DNA of 64,000 nucleotides, taken from the NCBI GenBank assembly GCA_963748625.1, contig CAVVJT010000003.1, positions 96,001 to 160,000 on the forward strand, in the 5' to 3' direction. Origin of the DNA: an uncultured Chloroflexia bacterium (GTDB lineage: Bacteria; Chloroflexota; Limnocylindria; Limnocylindrales; CSP1-4). The notes beneath the pieces were generated by a model. The model was not told the origin of the DNA, did no database searches, and saw only the letters and a program-made list of their open reading frames with translations. Both the position numbers and the translations under genes were made by a program. This document shows, piece after piece, positions 26,249 to 38,557 of the stretch. The number at the start of each line of letters is the position of its first letter. The first letter of the stretch is position 1.

Positions 26249-29137
26249 CCTGGAACACGCTCGATGCGGACGCGGGCATCCACGACCGTGGTGCCCGCGG
26301 CCAGCACGATCACCGGATTGAGGTCCATCTCGACGATCTCGGGGTGGGCCTCCACCATCGCGCTGACCCGGAGGAGCGTCTCCTCCAGCGCGGCGATGTC
26401 GCCACGCGGACCAACGACCGGTTCGGCAAGCTCCGCGTGGGCGTCCAGCGAGCCGACCAGCTCGGCTGCGTCACGATCGGTCAGCGGCGTGATGCGCACG
26501 CCGACGTCGCGCAGCCGCGAGACCTCGGCCCCGCCGGCGCCACAGGCGATCACCGGCCCGAACAGGCGGTCGTGGACGACGCCCACGAGCATCTCGTGCC
26601 CGTCGGCGACCATCCGCTGGACAAGGAAGCCGTCGAGGACGTGGCCGGCGGCCACCAGCCGGTCGCGCATCGCCTCGGCCGCGTCGCGAACCTCCGCCGC
26701 GCCCTCGAGCGCGAGCACCACGGCGCCCGCCTCGACCTTGCGCACCAGGCCCGGAACGACGGCCTTGAGCGCCACGAGGCCGCCCAGCTCGACGGCGGCG
26801 GCACCGGCGCCATCGGGCGTGCCGGCCATGCGCCACGGCGCCATCGGGATGCCGTAGCAGCCAAGCAGCGCCGCGATCTCGCCAGGGTCCAGCCAGCGGG
26901 TCGCGGCCGCGCCCGTGGCGGCCGCCGGGACCGCCGCAAGGGCGTAGGCGGACGGGCCGCCTCGATACCCGGAACCTCCGCCTCGATACCCGGAACTTTC
27001 ACGGTCGCCCCCTCGAGGCGCGCGAGAGCCTCCGCGAGGACGGCGGATGCCTCGTCTGCGCGGAGATCGTCGAACGCCGGCACCGACGCCCGGCTCCGTG
27101 CGCCGCCACTCCGCATACCGCGCTGCATGCCCAAGCGCTCGAGCCGCCTCCTCCGGGTAGCCGTAGGCGGGGATGCGCACCTTGTCGCTCCCGAGCGCGG
27201 CCGGGCCGCCGTCCGCGGCCATGAACACCGCGAGCACCGGGAGGGGCCGCTCCAGCGACGCGGCGGCGTCACGGATCGCCCCGGCCACGGCCTCGGCGTC
27301 GCCGCCCAGGGGCGGCACGAACAGGGTGATGATCGCGTGGATGTCCTCGCACCCCGCAAGGACGCGGATGGCGTGGCCGTAGGCCTCCGGTGCCGCATCC
27401 ACGGTGTCCACCGGGTTCCCCAGCGACGCCTCCGGCGGGAAGCACGGCTGCCAGCGCCGCCCGGACGGCAACCGGGAGCGCGGGGACCTCGAGGCCCGCC
27501 GCCTCGCACGCGTCAGCCGCGAGGATCCCAGGTCCGCCGCCGTTGGTGAGGATCGCGACGCCCCGCCCGCCGGGGAGCGGCTGGTTGGCGAGGAGCGCCG
27601 CCACGTCGAAGAACTCGCCGAGGGTGTCCGTGCGCACGACGCCGGCCTGGCGGAAGAGCGCCTCGACGGTGACGTCGGACTGGCCGATGCGCACCCCGGT
27701 GTGCGAGGTGGTCGCCCGGGCACCGGCCGCCGACCGCCCGCTCTTCACGGCGATCGATCGGCTTGGTCCGGCCCACGCGGCGCGCGATCCGGCTGAACTT
27801 GCGCGGATTGCCCAGCGACTCGAGGTACAGCGCGATGACCGAGCAGGCCGGGTCGTCCTCCCAGTACTGGAGGAAGTCGTTGCCCGAGAGGTCCGCCTTG
27901 TTGCCGATGGCGATGAAGCTCGACAGGCCCAGGCCCGAGCGGTTCGCGTGGTCGATCAGCGCAAGGCCCAGCGCGCCGCTCTGCGAGAGCAGGCCGACGC
28001 CGCCGGGTGCCGGCGAGCGCGTGCCGAAGGTGGCGTTGAGCACGGACCTCGGGGTCGGGGTTGATAACCCCCAGGCTGTTCGGGCCGACCAGGCGCATGC
28101 CCGCGCCGCGACAGGCTGCGACCAGGTCTCGCTGGCGGGCAACGCCCTCGGGGCCGGCCTCGGCGAAGCCGCGCGACGCGACGATGACGCTCTTGACGCC
28201 CCGCTCCGCGCACTCGCGCACGACGTCGCACGACATCGGCAGCGGGCACGGCGACGACGGCGAGGTCCACGGTGCCCGGGATGTCGAGCGACGGAGCGGT
28301 AGGCCGCCACGGACTGCACGACGTCGGCGCCCGGGTTGACCGGGTAGACGGGGCCGGTGAAGCCCGCCGGCGAGCAGGTTGTGGAACAGCTCTCCACCGA
28401 CCGTCCCTCGCCGACGCGACGCACCGATGACCGCCACGGAGCGCGGGTGCAGGAGCGTGCGCACTGCTGCAGCCGCGGCGTGCTGCTCCCGTGCGCTCGA
28501 AGCGCGCTCGCGCCTCGCCGGTCAGCGCCGTCGGGAACTCCACGCGCAGCTCGCCGATGTCGGCGTGCACGCGAAGCGGGAAGCCCGTCGCCCGGAAGAC
28601 CTCGAGCATCTTGGCGTTCTCGGGGAGGACCTCGGCGTGGAAGGTCGTGATCCCGACGGCGCTGGCGCGTCGCGCGAGCTCCTCGAGCAGGAGCGTCGCC
28701 ACGCCCAGACCCTGGTACGCCTCGGCGACGACGAACGCGACCTCGGCGCTGTCGGGTCCCAGCCGGTCGGCGCTGGCGTTGCCGATGATGGTGCCCGCGG
28801 CGCCGTCCGGCCCACCGCCCGTCTCGGCGACCAGCGACACGTCGCCGGCGCGCTCAAGCACCGCCCAGCGATGGGCACGGTCAGGCAGGTTGGGGCGGAG
28901 CGTCGCGAACCGCAGCCGCTTCGTCTCGTCCTCGAGCCCCTCGAGGAACGCGAGGAGCGCGGGCTCGTCGGCGACCTCCGCGTCCCGCACGGTGATGGAG
29001 GACCCGTCGCGCAGGATCGTGTCCCGTGCCTCGTCGCGGGCTGGCGCGCCGGCCGGTCGCTCCACGTCGGACTCCCCTGCTCCACCGTCCGGGGCGTGCG
29101 TGCGTGCTACTGTCGCGCGCGTCGGCATTCCCGGCAC
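26245..29137 (-). CDS. GNAT acetyltransferase + NDP-forming acyl-CoA synthetase fusion (Pat/PatA-like), split by several frameshifts
   Basis: GNAT (AEVAFVV..YQGLGVA), PRSVAVIGAS, RLVGPN, SQSGAL, GNKAD, SHTG, TNGGGPG, ATP-grasp EMDLNPV across successive frames. Confidence 0.88.
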
Positions 29138-29177
29138 GCCTCGATGGTACGCGAGGCGTGCTCGCCCACGAGGCCCC

Positions 29178-30352
29178 ATGGATCCCACGCCGCTCGTCGT
29201 CTACGGCCCCGGCAACCACGCGTACGACTTCGGCGATCCCCATCCCGTTCACGCCGCGCCGCTTCGGGCCGGGGATCGACCTGTTGCGCGAGCTCGGGGC
29301 GACCGACTTCAGCGCACCCGTGCCGGCAACCGACGCGGAGCTCGAGACCGTCCACCAGCGCCACTACATCCGGCTGGTCCGGCTCCTCTCGGACTACCCT
29401 GAAGCCGCCGCCGAGGCCGGATTCGACGACAAGGACACCCCGCCCTTCTACGACATGCACGACGCCGCGGCGGGCGTGGTCGGCGGCACGGTTCACGCGA
29501 TGGACCGCATCCTGGGCGGTGAGGTCACCCACGCCTTCCACCCGGGCGGGGGCCTCCACCACGCCTTCCCGGGGCGCGCCGGGGGGTTCTGCGTCTACAA
29601 CGACCTCGCGATCTCGATCCGTCGGGCCCGGGACGCCGGGCACCGGGTCCTCTACGTGGACGTCGACGCCCATCACGGCGACGGCGTGGAGTCGGTGTTC
29701 TGGGACGATCCCGCTCGTCCAGACGGTGTCGATCCACGAGTCCGGCCTCACGCTGTTCCCGGGCTCCGGGTTCCCAGAGGATCACGGCGGACAGGGCGCC
29801 GAGGGGAGTGCGGTCAACATCCCGCTCGAGGCAGGAACGACCGATGCCTCGTGGCTTGCAGCGGTGGAGCTCGTGGTGCCGGCCGTTGCCGAGGCCTTCC
29901 GGCCATCGGTCCTCGTCACCACGCAGGGCTGTGACGGCCACCACCTGGACCCGCTGTCCAACCTCTCCCTCTCGACCAGCGCGCTGTACCGGGCCGCACG
30001 CCTGCTCGACGAGGTCGCCCACCGCCACGCGGGGGGCCGCTGGCTCGCGACGGGCGCGGGCGGCTACGACGTGTATCGCGTGGTCCCTCGCTCCTGGGCG
30101 CTGATCTGGCTGGCGATGGTCCACCGGGACGTGCCGGCAGCGATCCCGCCGGCGTGGCGCGAGCGCTGGGCCGCCGACGCACGACGCCTCGGCCAGCACC
30201 CGCTGCCCGAGGTGTTCCTCGACGCTTCGGGTGTTGCGCCTGCCGAGCCCCCGGAGGCCGCCGGGCGCAACCGCGCCACGGTCGAGCACGCGCTCGAGCA
30301 CACGCTTCGCATCCTGCGGGATCGGGCTGCCGCCGATGGGAGCCTCCCCTAG
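29178..30352 (+). CDS. acuC: AcuC-like Zn-dependent deacetylase (HDAC family), frameshifted
   Basis: GGGLHHA, GFCVYND, DVDAHHGDG, SIHE, GCDGHHLDPL, GAGGY. Confidence 0.9.
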
Positions 30353-30495
30353 TCCTGCACCAAGCGCCTGTGACCACGCGGGTTGACATCGGTGCACCGG
30401 TTCAGCCAGAGTTCCCCAATGGTCTGCCATGGCGGACCCCGACCAAGCGCGAGGCGAAGGCCTCGCGGGCTGTCCCCCAGGTCGAGGAGAACCCG

Positions 30496-32243
30496 GTGAA
30501 GCGTCTCTCCCTAGGACTCGCGGTCGTGGCCGCCGTCACGCTGGCCAGTCCGGCGGTGGCCCACGACAACCGCAGCGGCTTCGACACGAGCCACGCCTCC
30601 ATGGTCGAGCCCGTGATGGCGGGCGTCAGCGTCGATCCGATCATCACCGTCGGCGACACGCTGGGCAGCGGCTACCGCTTCGAGGCGATCCCCGACGGCA
30701 TCGCGGTTGCGACGCGGGGCAACGGGCGCGTGGACCTCTACGTCAACCACGAGACCGGGCGCGTCCCGTTCCCCTACAACACGGCCGCCCCGACGGCCGC
30801 CAACGGCGAGAACGACTTCGACAACTCCCAGGTCAGCCGCCTCGTCCTCAACGCCCACTCGGCCGGCGTCCTCAGCGGCAAGTTCGTCATCGACGCCAGC
30901 GAGGGCTACCAGCGCTTCTGCTCCAACTACCTCGCCACCAAGGCCGATGGGCTTCGACTCGCGACATCCTGTTCACCAACGAGGAGACGCCCGACTACGT
31001 CCGACGCGCCACCAACAGCTGGCCGATCGCGATCGGCAGTCCCGAGCAGCGCGAGGGCGGCGTTGTCGTCGCCTACGACGTCCGGACCGGCACCTCGAAG
31101 CCGATCTACGGCATGGGCCGCCACAATCACGAGAACAGCGTCCCGGTTCCGGGCTACGGCTACCCGGTCGTCCTCTCCGGCGACGACACGTTCACGAGCG
31201 GCCCGCTGACGCGGTGTCTTCCCCGCAGCCGCCGTTCCGGCCCAGTCGCAGGTGTACTCCTACATCGCGCCGCAGCACGAGACGCGCTCCTCGCCGACGA
31301 GGGCGACCTGTGGGCGTTCGTGTCCGACACGCCGGGCGTGAAGAACTACTACGACGTGCTCCCGGGTTCCGGCACGGTCGTCACCGGGCACTTCATCAAG
31401 GTGCCGCGCGAGATCGCGACCGGCCTCAAGGCCGACGGCACCGAGGTGAAGGCCGCCGACTTCGGCTTCCCGCAGCCGCCGACCAACGGAAGCTGGCAGA
31501 CGCGACCTGCGCTCGGTGGCCCCCGTGGGGATCGACGGCCCGCAGTGGGTGCTCGAGTACTGGAGCGACAGCAACAACGTCTTCCAGTTCGTCCGCATCG
31601 AGGACATCGCCTACGACAAGCGGCCCGGGATGGAGCAACGTCGTCTACCTCGTGGACTCCGGCCGCGGACGCGCCGCAACTGCGTCGTTGGACACCCCCA
31701 ACTTCCGCTCGTCCAACGGCCGCGTCTGGAAGATGGTCCTCGACCAGCAGCGACCCGACGGTGGTGACGTCGCTGACGGTCTTCGTCGAGGGTGACGACA
31801 ACCCAGTGAAGACCCCCGGCGAGGTCCACCAGCCGGACAACATCGAGACCACGCAGACCGGCGTCCTGCTGACCGAGGATCCGGGATCGTCCCAGCAGTT
31901 CCCGGCCGGCTCCACCGACCCGGCAGCCACCACCGCCCGGCTGTGGTACGTCCCGTTCGACGGCAGCGCGCCGCAGGTCGTCGTCAAGGTCGACCAGTCC
32001 GCCGACGGCGGGCCAACCGACGTCGACGGGCGCGCCGCGGGCAACTGGGGCGCCTGGGAGTCCACGGGCATCGTGGATGCATCGGCCGCCTTCGGCCCCG
32101 GCGCGTTCCTGCTCAACGTCCAGGCGCACACGCTATGGATCGAGAAGGCGCCGGGCGAGGACAACAACGGCGACGGCCAGCCCGACTTCACCTACAAGCG
32201 CGAGGGCGGCCAGCTGATGCTGGTGCGCATCCCGGGCATCTAG
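30496..32243 (+). CDS. secreted PhoX/DUF839-like phosphatase, frameshifted
   Basis: Signal peptide; IPDGI, YVNHE, RFCS, MGRHNHEN, RIEDI, QPDNI, LTED, ESTG; GAGGAG SD. Confidence 0.75.
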
Positions 32244-32265
32244 ACCTCCCACGCATTGCTGCAGG

Positions 32266-32302
32266 AACGGCGGGTCGCTCGCATCGCGGGGGCCCGCCGT
32301 TT
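32266..32302. terminator. GC-rich hairpin between convergent genes
   Basis: AACGGCGGGTC...GGCCCGCCGTT. Confidence 0.6.
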
Positions 32303-32917
32303 CAGCGTCTGCGCAACCGCGCGAGCCAGGCATCGACGTGGCCGGGCTCCAGGCGCGTCTCGAGAACGGCCGCTTCGATCGCCGTGACGCGCCATCCCGT
32401 CGCCGCACAGAAGGCGTCACGGATCTCCCGGCGGCGCACCCGCGCAGGCCCTCGCCCGAAGGCATTGCGGTCGCTCCAGGCCACGATGAAGGCCGTGCCA
32501 CCGGTCCGCGTGACGGTGGCCAGCGTTGCGGCGTACAGCGCGCCTGTCAGCGGGCTGGAGGACGTGGAAGAGGCCGACGTCCAACACGGTGTCGAAGCCC
32601 GCGCCGACTTCCATCTCCAGCTTCGGCAGGTCGAAGATGTCCGCTACCAGGAACCTCGCCGAGCCACCGCCGGCAACCGGTCGCGAGCGCGCCCGTTGGA
32701 TCGCGGCATCGGCCACGTCGATCCCGGTGACGTCATGGCCGTCGGACGCCAGCAGGGTTGCGTGCAGGCCCGTCCCGCAGCCTGCGTCGAGCACGCGGTG
32801 GCCCAGTGCTCCGTCGGCCATCAACTGGAGGACCGCCGGCTGGGGTCGGCCCGTCTCCCACGAAGGGGTCCCCTCGTAGGCGACGTCAAACGCTCGGGGT
32901 GTCACGAGTCGCTCCAC
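32302..32917 (-). CDS. class I SAM-dependent methyltransferase, frameshifted
   Basis: WETGRPQP, VLDAGCGTG, FDTVLDVGLFH. Confidence 0.82.
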
Positions 32918-32989
32918 GTGACGACGATACCGGGTACACCCTGCCATAAGGATGCGAGGGTAATCACCCTCGCTGGTTACAATCCTGAT

Positions 32990-33489
32990 GTGGATCCGCG
33001 TCCTGCAGGACTACGTGTCGCCTTGCGTTCGCTCACCGTGCCCGAAGAACCAGCTGATGCTCATCGCCGCCATGGTCTGGTGCACTGCCGGAACCATGGT
33101 GATGTTGGCCGGCATGCCACTCGAGCTCCGCCTCGCGCCCGAGCACCTCGTGCTCGTCCCCCTGGCCCTGCTTGTCTTCCTCATCTTCGACCTGCTTGGT
33201 GTTCTCGCGCCTGGTGTACAAGCACACACGCCGGATCCGCGACGCCCACGAGGAGCGTCTCCCGTTCTGGAGCTTCTTCACCGCTTCGTCGTGGGCCGTG
33301 ATGCTCGTGATGATGGCCGGGGGCGTGACACTGCGGGCCAGCCACCTCGCCCCGGACTGGGCGGTCGCGTTCTTCTACACCGGTCTCGGGACGGCGCTGT
33401 TCATCGGTGGTCTGCGGTTCATGGCGGCGTACCTGCGCAAGGACGTCCTGACAACAGCACCCGGGATCGTCCGCGCCTCGGACGACTGA
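32990..33489 (+). CDS. small multi-pass membrane protein, frameshifted
   Basis: Hydrophobic segments continue across frames (LMLIAAMVW...FSRLVYKH...FFYTGLGTALF); TACAAT 6 nt before GTG. Confidence 0.6.
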
Positions 33490-33635
33490 GCGGCCGCGAA
33501 CTGGTTGCCCTCCCGCGGCAGAGCCCCAGCCCGAGGCCCACCCGCACGACGAGGAAAGCCCAGGCTCCGGTCAGGCCCGTTCGTGCTCGCCTGACCCGCC
33601 GGACGTCACCCGACCCGGTCTGCGAGACTGCCTCC

Positions 33636-34427
33636 ATGACGGACCCGGCACAGGAGATACCCCTCGCGGGTGGCATGGGATCCGGTGGAGCCGTGGTCCG
33701 GGTGGGAGACACCGTCCGCAGGCCCGTGCGCCCCCATTCGCCGGCCGTGGCTGCGTTCCTGCGCCATCTCGAGGCCGCTGGCTTCCAAGGTGCCCCGAGG
33801 TACCTCGGGATCGACGAGCGCGGGCGCGAGATGCTCAGCTGGATCGACGGCGATGTCGCGCTCCCGCCGTTCCCGGCATGGGCGGGGTCCGAGGCGCTGC
33901 TCGTGGGCGTGGCGCAGCTCCAGCGGGAGCTGCAGCGGGCCGCGCGCGACTTCATCCCGCCGTCCGACGCGCGATGGGAGCGCGCCAACCTGCCGGACGC
34001 CGGTGCAGGCGCCGTCGTGTGCCACAACGACCTGTGCGTCGAGAACGTCGTGGTTCGTGACGGCACGGTGGCAGGCTTCATCGACTTCGACTTCGCCGCC
34101 CCGACGGATCCGCTGCTCGACATCGCGATCGCGGCCCGCCACTGGATCCCGGTGAGGGACCCGCGCGACATCGACCCCGGGCTCCATGGTCTTGACCAGG
34201 TCCGCAGGTTCCGGTCGTTCTGCGATGCCCACACCCTCGGGCGCCCGCAGCGACGAGCGGTGGTCGACCATCTCGAGGGCTTCCTCGACCGGGCGCTGGT
34301 GTCCATGCGGGCACGCGCGGAGTCCGGCCAGGAGGCCTATCGGAAGGCGTGGGATGCCGGGTACGAGGCCCAGAACCGGCGTTCCAAAGCCTGGCTGGCG
34401 AGCCACGTCGACGAGCTGCTCCGGTAA
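33636..34427 (+). CDS. aminoglycoside-phosphotransferase-like kinase
   Basis: VVRVGDTVRRP, CHNDLCVEN, IDFD. Confidence 0.88.
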   Translation: MTDPAQEIPLAGGMGSGGAVVRVGDTVRRPVRPHSPAVAAFLRHLEAAGFQGAPRYLGIDERGREMLSWIDGDVALPPFPAWAGSEALLVGVAQLQRELQRAARDFIPPSDARWERANLPDAGAGAVVCHNDLCVENVVVRDGTVAGFIDFDFAAPTDPLLDIAIAARHWIPVRDPRDIDPGLHGLDQVRRFRSFCDAHTLGRPQRRAVVDHLEGFLDRALVSMRARAESGQEAYRKAWDAGYEAQNRRSKAWLASHVDELLR

Positions 34428-34444
34428 GGCGCCCGCGCCGGCCG

Positions 34445-34768
34445 TCAGCCCTCGTTCTTGCGAGGCGTCCACCAGGACGACCAGTAGTCGTCCCATTCGC
34501 CGTCGAAGCGCTTGCCAGTGTCGGGAGCGACATGGGCGCCCGAGGTGGACCGGCGGTCCTTGGGTGCATGCCGCAGCAGATCGTCGCGGGCGGCCGAGAG
34601 TGCCGCCATGGCATCCGTGGTGTCGCCGCCCGACACGTCGGGGTGCACCTCCCGGGCCTTCGCGCGGAACGCTCGCTGGACCTCCGCACGCGTGGCGCCA
34701 CGGTCCACGCCGAGCACTTCGTGGGGTTCCTGGGGGACGCGCTGCGACATGGCCACAGGGTCGGGCAT
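34445..34768 (-). CDS. small J-domain protein
   Basis: PHEVLGV..GAT..EV..AFR..AREVHPD. Confidence 0.8.
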   Translation of the reverse strand: MPDPVAMSQRVPQEPHEVLGVDRGATRAEVQRAFRAKAREVHPDVSGGDTTDAMAALSAARDDLLRHAPKDRRSTSGAHVAPDTGKRFDGEWDDYWSSWWTPRKNEG

Positions 34769-34889
34769 GTCGAGCGTGCGGTCAATCGGCGGGCGAGCGA
34801 AGCGCCGTGGCGCGCGGAGGCTTCCCTTCTTCTGTGCTGGGGCCTGATCCCACTGGACGAGACCGGCGGCCACCCGCGACCATGCGCCG

Positions 34890-36024
34890 ATGCGCATGTC
34901 CGCCCAGGAGCTCAACCGCGCCACCCTTGCCCGCCAGCTGCTCCTCGCCCGCGAGCCGCTCGAGCCGGTCGCCGCGATGGGACGGATCGTCGCTGTGCAG
35001 GCCCAGGAGCCCGCCTCGCCGTACATCGCGCTGCACAACCGCATCGCACGGTTCGAACCGGCCGACCTCGATGAGGCCTTCGCCCGGCGCGCCATCCTCA
35101 AGGCATCACTGATGCGGATCACCCTCCACGCCGTCACGGCCGGCCGACCACCCGGTGTTCCACGAGGCGATGCAGACGTCGCTCCGTGCCGCCCGGCTCA
35201 ATGACCGCCGCTTCCAGGCGACGGGCCTGACCGCCGCCGATGCCGATGCACTCCTGCCGGCCGTCCTCGCCCATGCCGCCGAGCCCCGCTCGAACGCGGA
35301 CATGGAGGCCTGGCTCGACGCACGGCTCGGCGAGACGCCCAAGCCCGGGGTCTGGTGGGCCATGCGCCACTACGGACCGTTCGTCCATGCGCCGGTCGGC
35401 GCCACGTGGAGCTTCGGTCCGCGGCCCGCGTACCTTGCGGCGCCCGAGGCGGCACGGCCCGGGGACCGGGCGGCCGCAGTCCGCGGTCTCGCGCTGCGCT
35501 ACCTCGCCGGGTTCGGACCTGCGTCCATCGCGGACATGGGCCAGTTCTCGCTGATCTCGCGGGCGGCCATCCGAGAGGCCCTCGAGCCGGTCAGGGCCAC
35601 GATACGCATCTCGACCGGCCCGGCCGGCGAGGAGCTGCTGGACATCGCGGACGGCCTCCTGCCCGACGGGGAGACGCCGGCCCCGCCCCGTCTCATGGCG
35701 ATGTGGGACAGCGTCCTCTTCGCATATGCCGATCGCAGCCGGCTCATCCCGCCGGAGCACCGGCGTCATGTGATCAGGACCAACGGCGACACGCTCCCGA
35801 CGCTCCTCGTTGACGGACGGGTCGTCGGGGTCTGGCGTCCCACCGCTGACGGCATCGAGGCGACGGCCTTCGAGCGTCTGCCCGCGGATGCCTGGGATGG
35901 TCTGCAGGACGAGGCCAGGTCGATGCTGGCCTTGATCGAGCCGCGGGAGCCGCGCGCGTACAGCCGGTACGGACGCTGGTGGCCGACGCTCCCCGCCGAA
36001 GAGGTGCGGGTGCTGGGACGCTGA
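34890..36024 (+). CDS. AlkZ-like (HTH_42) DNA glycosylase family protein, one frameshift
   Basis: LNRATLARQLLL, VQAQEP (QxQ), MRITLH, RYLAGFGPA, WD, LVDGRVVGVW. Confidence 0.88.
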
Positions 36025-36069
36025 ACCGGCCCGCACGCGGGCGCCGGCGCGGGTACGGTGAGCGGCATC

Positions 36070-37498
36070 GTGGAGCGCAAGTGGCTGATCCTCACCGCGG
36101 TCTCCGTGGGCTCGCTGATGTCCACGCTCGACGGCAGCATCGTCAACATCGCCCTGCCCGCCCTGCAGCAGGACTTCGGCGTTGACCTGACCACGGTGCA
36201 GTGGGTCACGGTCGCCTACCTGCTCATGATCGGAAGCCTGCTGCTGCCGATGGGCAGGCTCGGCGAGGTGCTCACCTTCAAGCGCGTGTACCTCGGGGGC
36301 TTCGGGCTGTTCACGGTCGCGAGCGTCCTCTGCGCGCTCGCCCCGGGCGTGGCGGCGCTCATCGGCTTCCGCGTGCTCCAGGCGGTCGGCGCCGCCGCCA
36401 TCACCGCGATCGGCCCGGCGATCATCGCCCGGACGTTCCCTGGCCCGGAACGCGGTCGAGCGCTGGGCCTCAACGGGGTGAGCGTGTCCCTCGGCCTGAC
36501 GCTGGGCCCGATCCTGGGCGGGCTGCTCACCACCACGGCCGGCTGGCGCGCCATCTTCCTGATCAACCTGCCCATCGGCATCCTGGCGATCCTGTGGGCG
36601 CGCCGGGTGCTGCCACGCGAGACCCCGGGTGCAGGCGTGACCTTCGATGTCCGCGGTGCGGTGCTTTCGGGCCTCTCGCTGCTCGCGCTCCTGCTCGCGC
36701 TCTCAGAGGGCCAGGACCTCGGCTGGACGAGTCCCGCCATCGTGGGCCTGTTCGCCGTCGCCGTGGGCCTGGGCGTCGCCTTCATCGCCGTGGAACGGCG
36801 CTCCGCCCAGCCGCTGATCGACCTCGCGCTGTTCCGCATCCGGCAGTTCACCTTCGGCCTCGCGAGCGTGATCGTCGCGTTCGCGGGCCTGTTCACGGCC
36901 ACCTTCCTGCTCCCGTTCCTGCTGCAGCGGGGTGAGGGCTACACGCCGGTGCAGGCAGGGCTGCTGCTCGCCCCCGTGCCCATCGCGATGGCGATCGTCG
37001 CCCCGTTCGCCGGCGCGGCCTCCGACCGGTGGGGACCGGCCATCCCCGCCAGCGCCGGCATGGTGCTCATGGTGGTTGCCCTGCTCTCACTGACCACCCT
37101 GCGCCGTGGGTTTCACGGTCCCGGACCTGCTCTGGCGCCTGGTCATCATGGGGATCGGCCAAGGCCTGTTCATGAGCCCGAACAGCAGCGCGGTCCTGGG
37201 CTCGGTGCCCGGGCGGCGGGTGGGCACCGCGTCAGGTGTGCTGGCCCAGATGCGGGTCAACGGCCAGGCTCTCGGGATCGCGATGTCCGCGGCCGTGGTG
37301 GCGATCCGGCTGCCGGTCCACCTGGAGGCCGATGCCGCAGCCGGCGCCGCAAGCGAGGCGACCGCCCTTGTCGCCTCCATCCACGATGCGTTCGTGGTCG
37401 CAGCCGCCATCTGCGCCGTCGGCATCGTGACGAGCCTGGTCCGCGGCGGGGGTGGGCAGCGCGCGCAGCGCGTCGAGGAACCGGTCCTCACCCGCTGA
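36070..37498 (+). CDS. MFS transporter (DHA2/EmrB-like), one frameshift
   Basis: LDGSIVNIALP, GRLGE, WRAIFLINLPIG, SPNSSAV; start may be 36058. Confidence 0.9.
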
Positions 37499-37538
37499 GC
37501 GCAACGCAAGGCAACGCCCGCCGCCGTACCATGCGCCC

Positions 37539-38418
37539 ATGCCGACCCTGCCGTCCCCCGCCGACCTGTCCCGACCCCTCGTCGCCGATGGCGCCATGGG
37601 CACCGCGCTCTTCGCCGCCGGCATGCCCGTCGGCGAGGCGCCCGAGGCCTGGCTGCTCACGCCGGAGGGAGCTGCCGCCATCACCGCCATCCACGCCGGC
37701 CACGTCGCCGCAGGCGCCAGGCTGGTCCTCACCTCGCACCTTCGGGGCGAACCCGATCCGTCTCACCGGCTCCGAGATCGAGGGCCGCTCCGACGAGGTC
37801 TGTCGTGCGGCAGTCGCGGCCGCCCGGGCCGGTGCGGGTCCCGACGTCCTGGTCGCGGGATCCATGGGGCCGACCGGCGGCCTGCTGATCCCGTACGGCC
37901 TGCTCGACGCGGGAGAGGTGCGTGACGCCTACGCCGCCCAGGCCGCCGTCATGGCGGACGCCGGGATCGACGTGATCTGGGTCGAGACGATGATGGACCT
38001 CAACGAAGCGCTCGCGGCCGTGGACGGCGCGCGGGCCGGCGCGCCAGGACTGCCAGTCGTCGCCACGATGGTGTTCAGCCGTGGCCGGACGATGTTCGGC
38101 GACAGGCCGGCGGCGGTCGCCTCGGCGCTCGTGGAGCATGGCGTCAGCGGACTTGGCGCGAACTGCGGTGACGGCTGGGCCCCGGTGGAGGAGGTCCTGC
38201 CGGAGCTCGTCGCCGCGGCACCGGACCTGCACATCATCGCCAAGGCCAACGCCGGCATCCCGGTGGGCACCGCCGAGGGGACCACCACGTATCCGGGCAC
38301 AGAGGCCGAGGCCGCGGCCTACGCCCGCCGGGTCGCGGACATGGGCGCCACGATCATCGGGGGGTGCTGCGGGACCACCGCGGCCCATCTCGCCGCCATC
38401 GCAGGCGCCCTGGCCTGA
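37539..38418 (+). CDS. homocysteine S-methyltransferase family protein, one frameshift
   Basis: DGAMGT, TFGAN, GSMGPTG, GANC, ANAGIP, IGGCCGT. Confidence 0.9.
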
Positions 38419-38557
38419 CGTCGGGCCGCATGACAGGGTGGCAGACGGCCTGTCCACTTCGGGCGGGAGCGCCGACGCCCGGCACAGCGCACCCGTGCGA
38501 CGATGCGGGAAACCGCCCGGGGGCTGCACCGCCCCGGGGCTGCAAGGTGAGGTCGGC

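Noticed and set aside
33636-36024. Antibiotic resistance or biosynthetic cluster (APH-like kinase, AlkZ, MFS)
   Set aside because: All are widespread families and there is no biosynthetic core gene in the window
26245-38418. Cluster of pseudogenes or programmed frameshifts
   Set aside because: Small indels in many unrelated genes with intact motifs and no common slippery site fit assembly error better; reads are needed to confirm
36058-38418. MFS-homocysteine methyltransferase fusion (786-aa ORF)
   Set aside because: Produced by two frameshifts; the MFS has its own end at 37498 and the methyltransferase its own -10 and ATG at 37539
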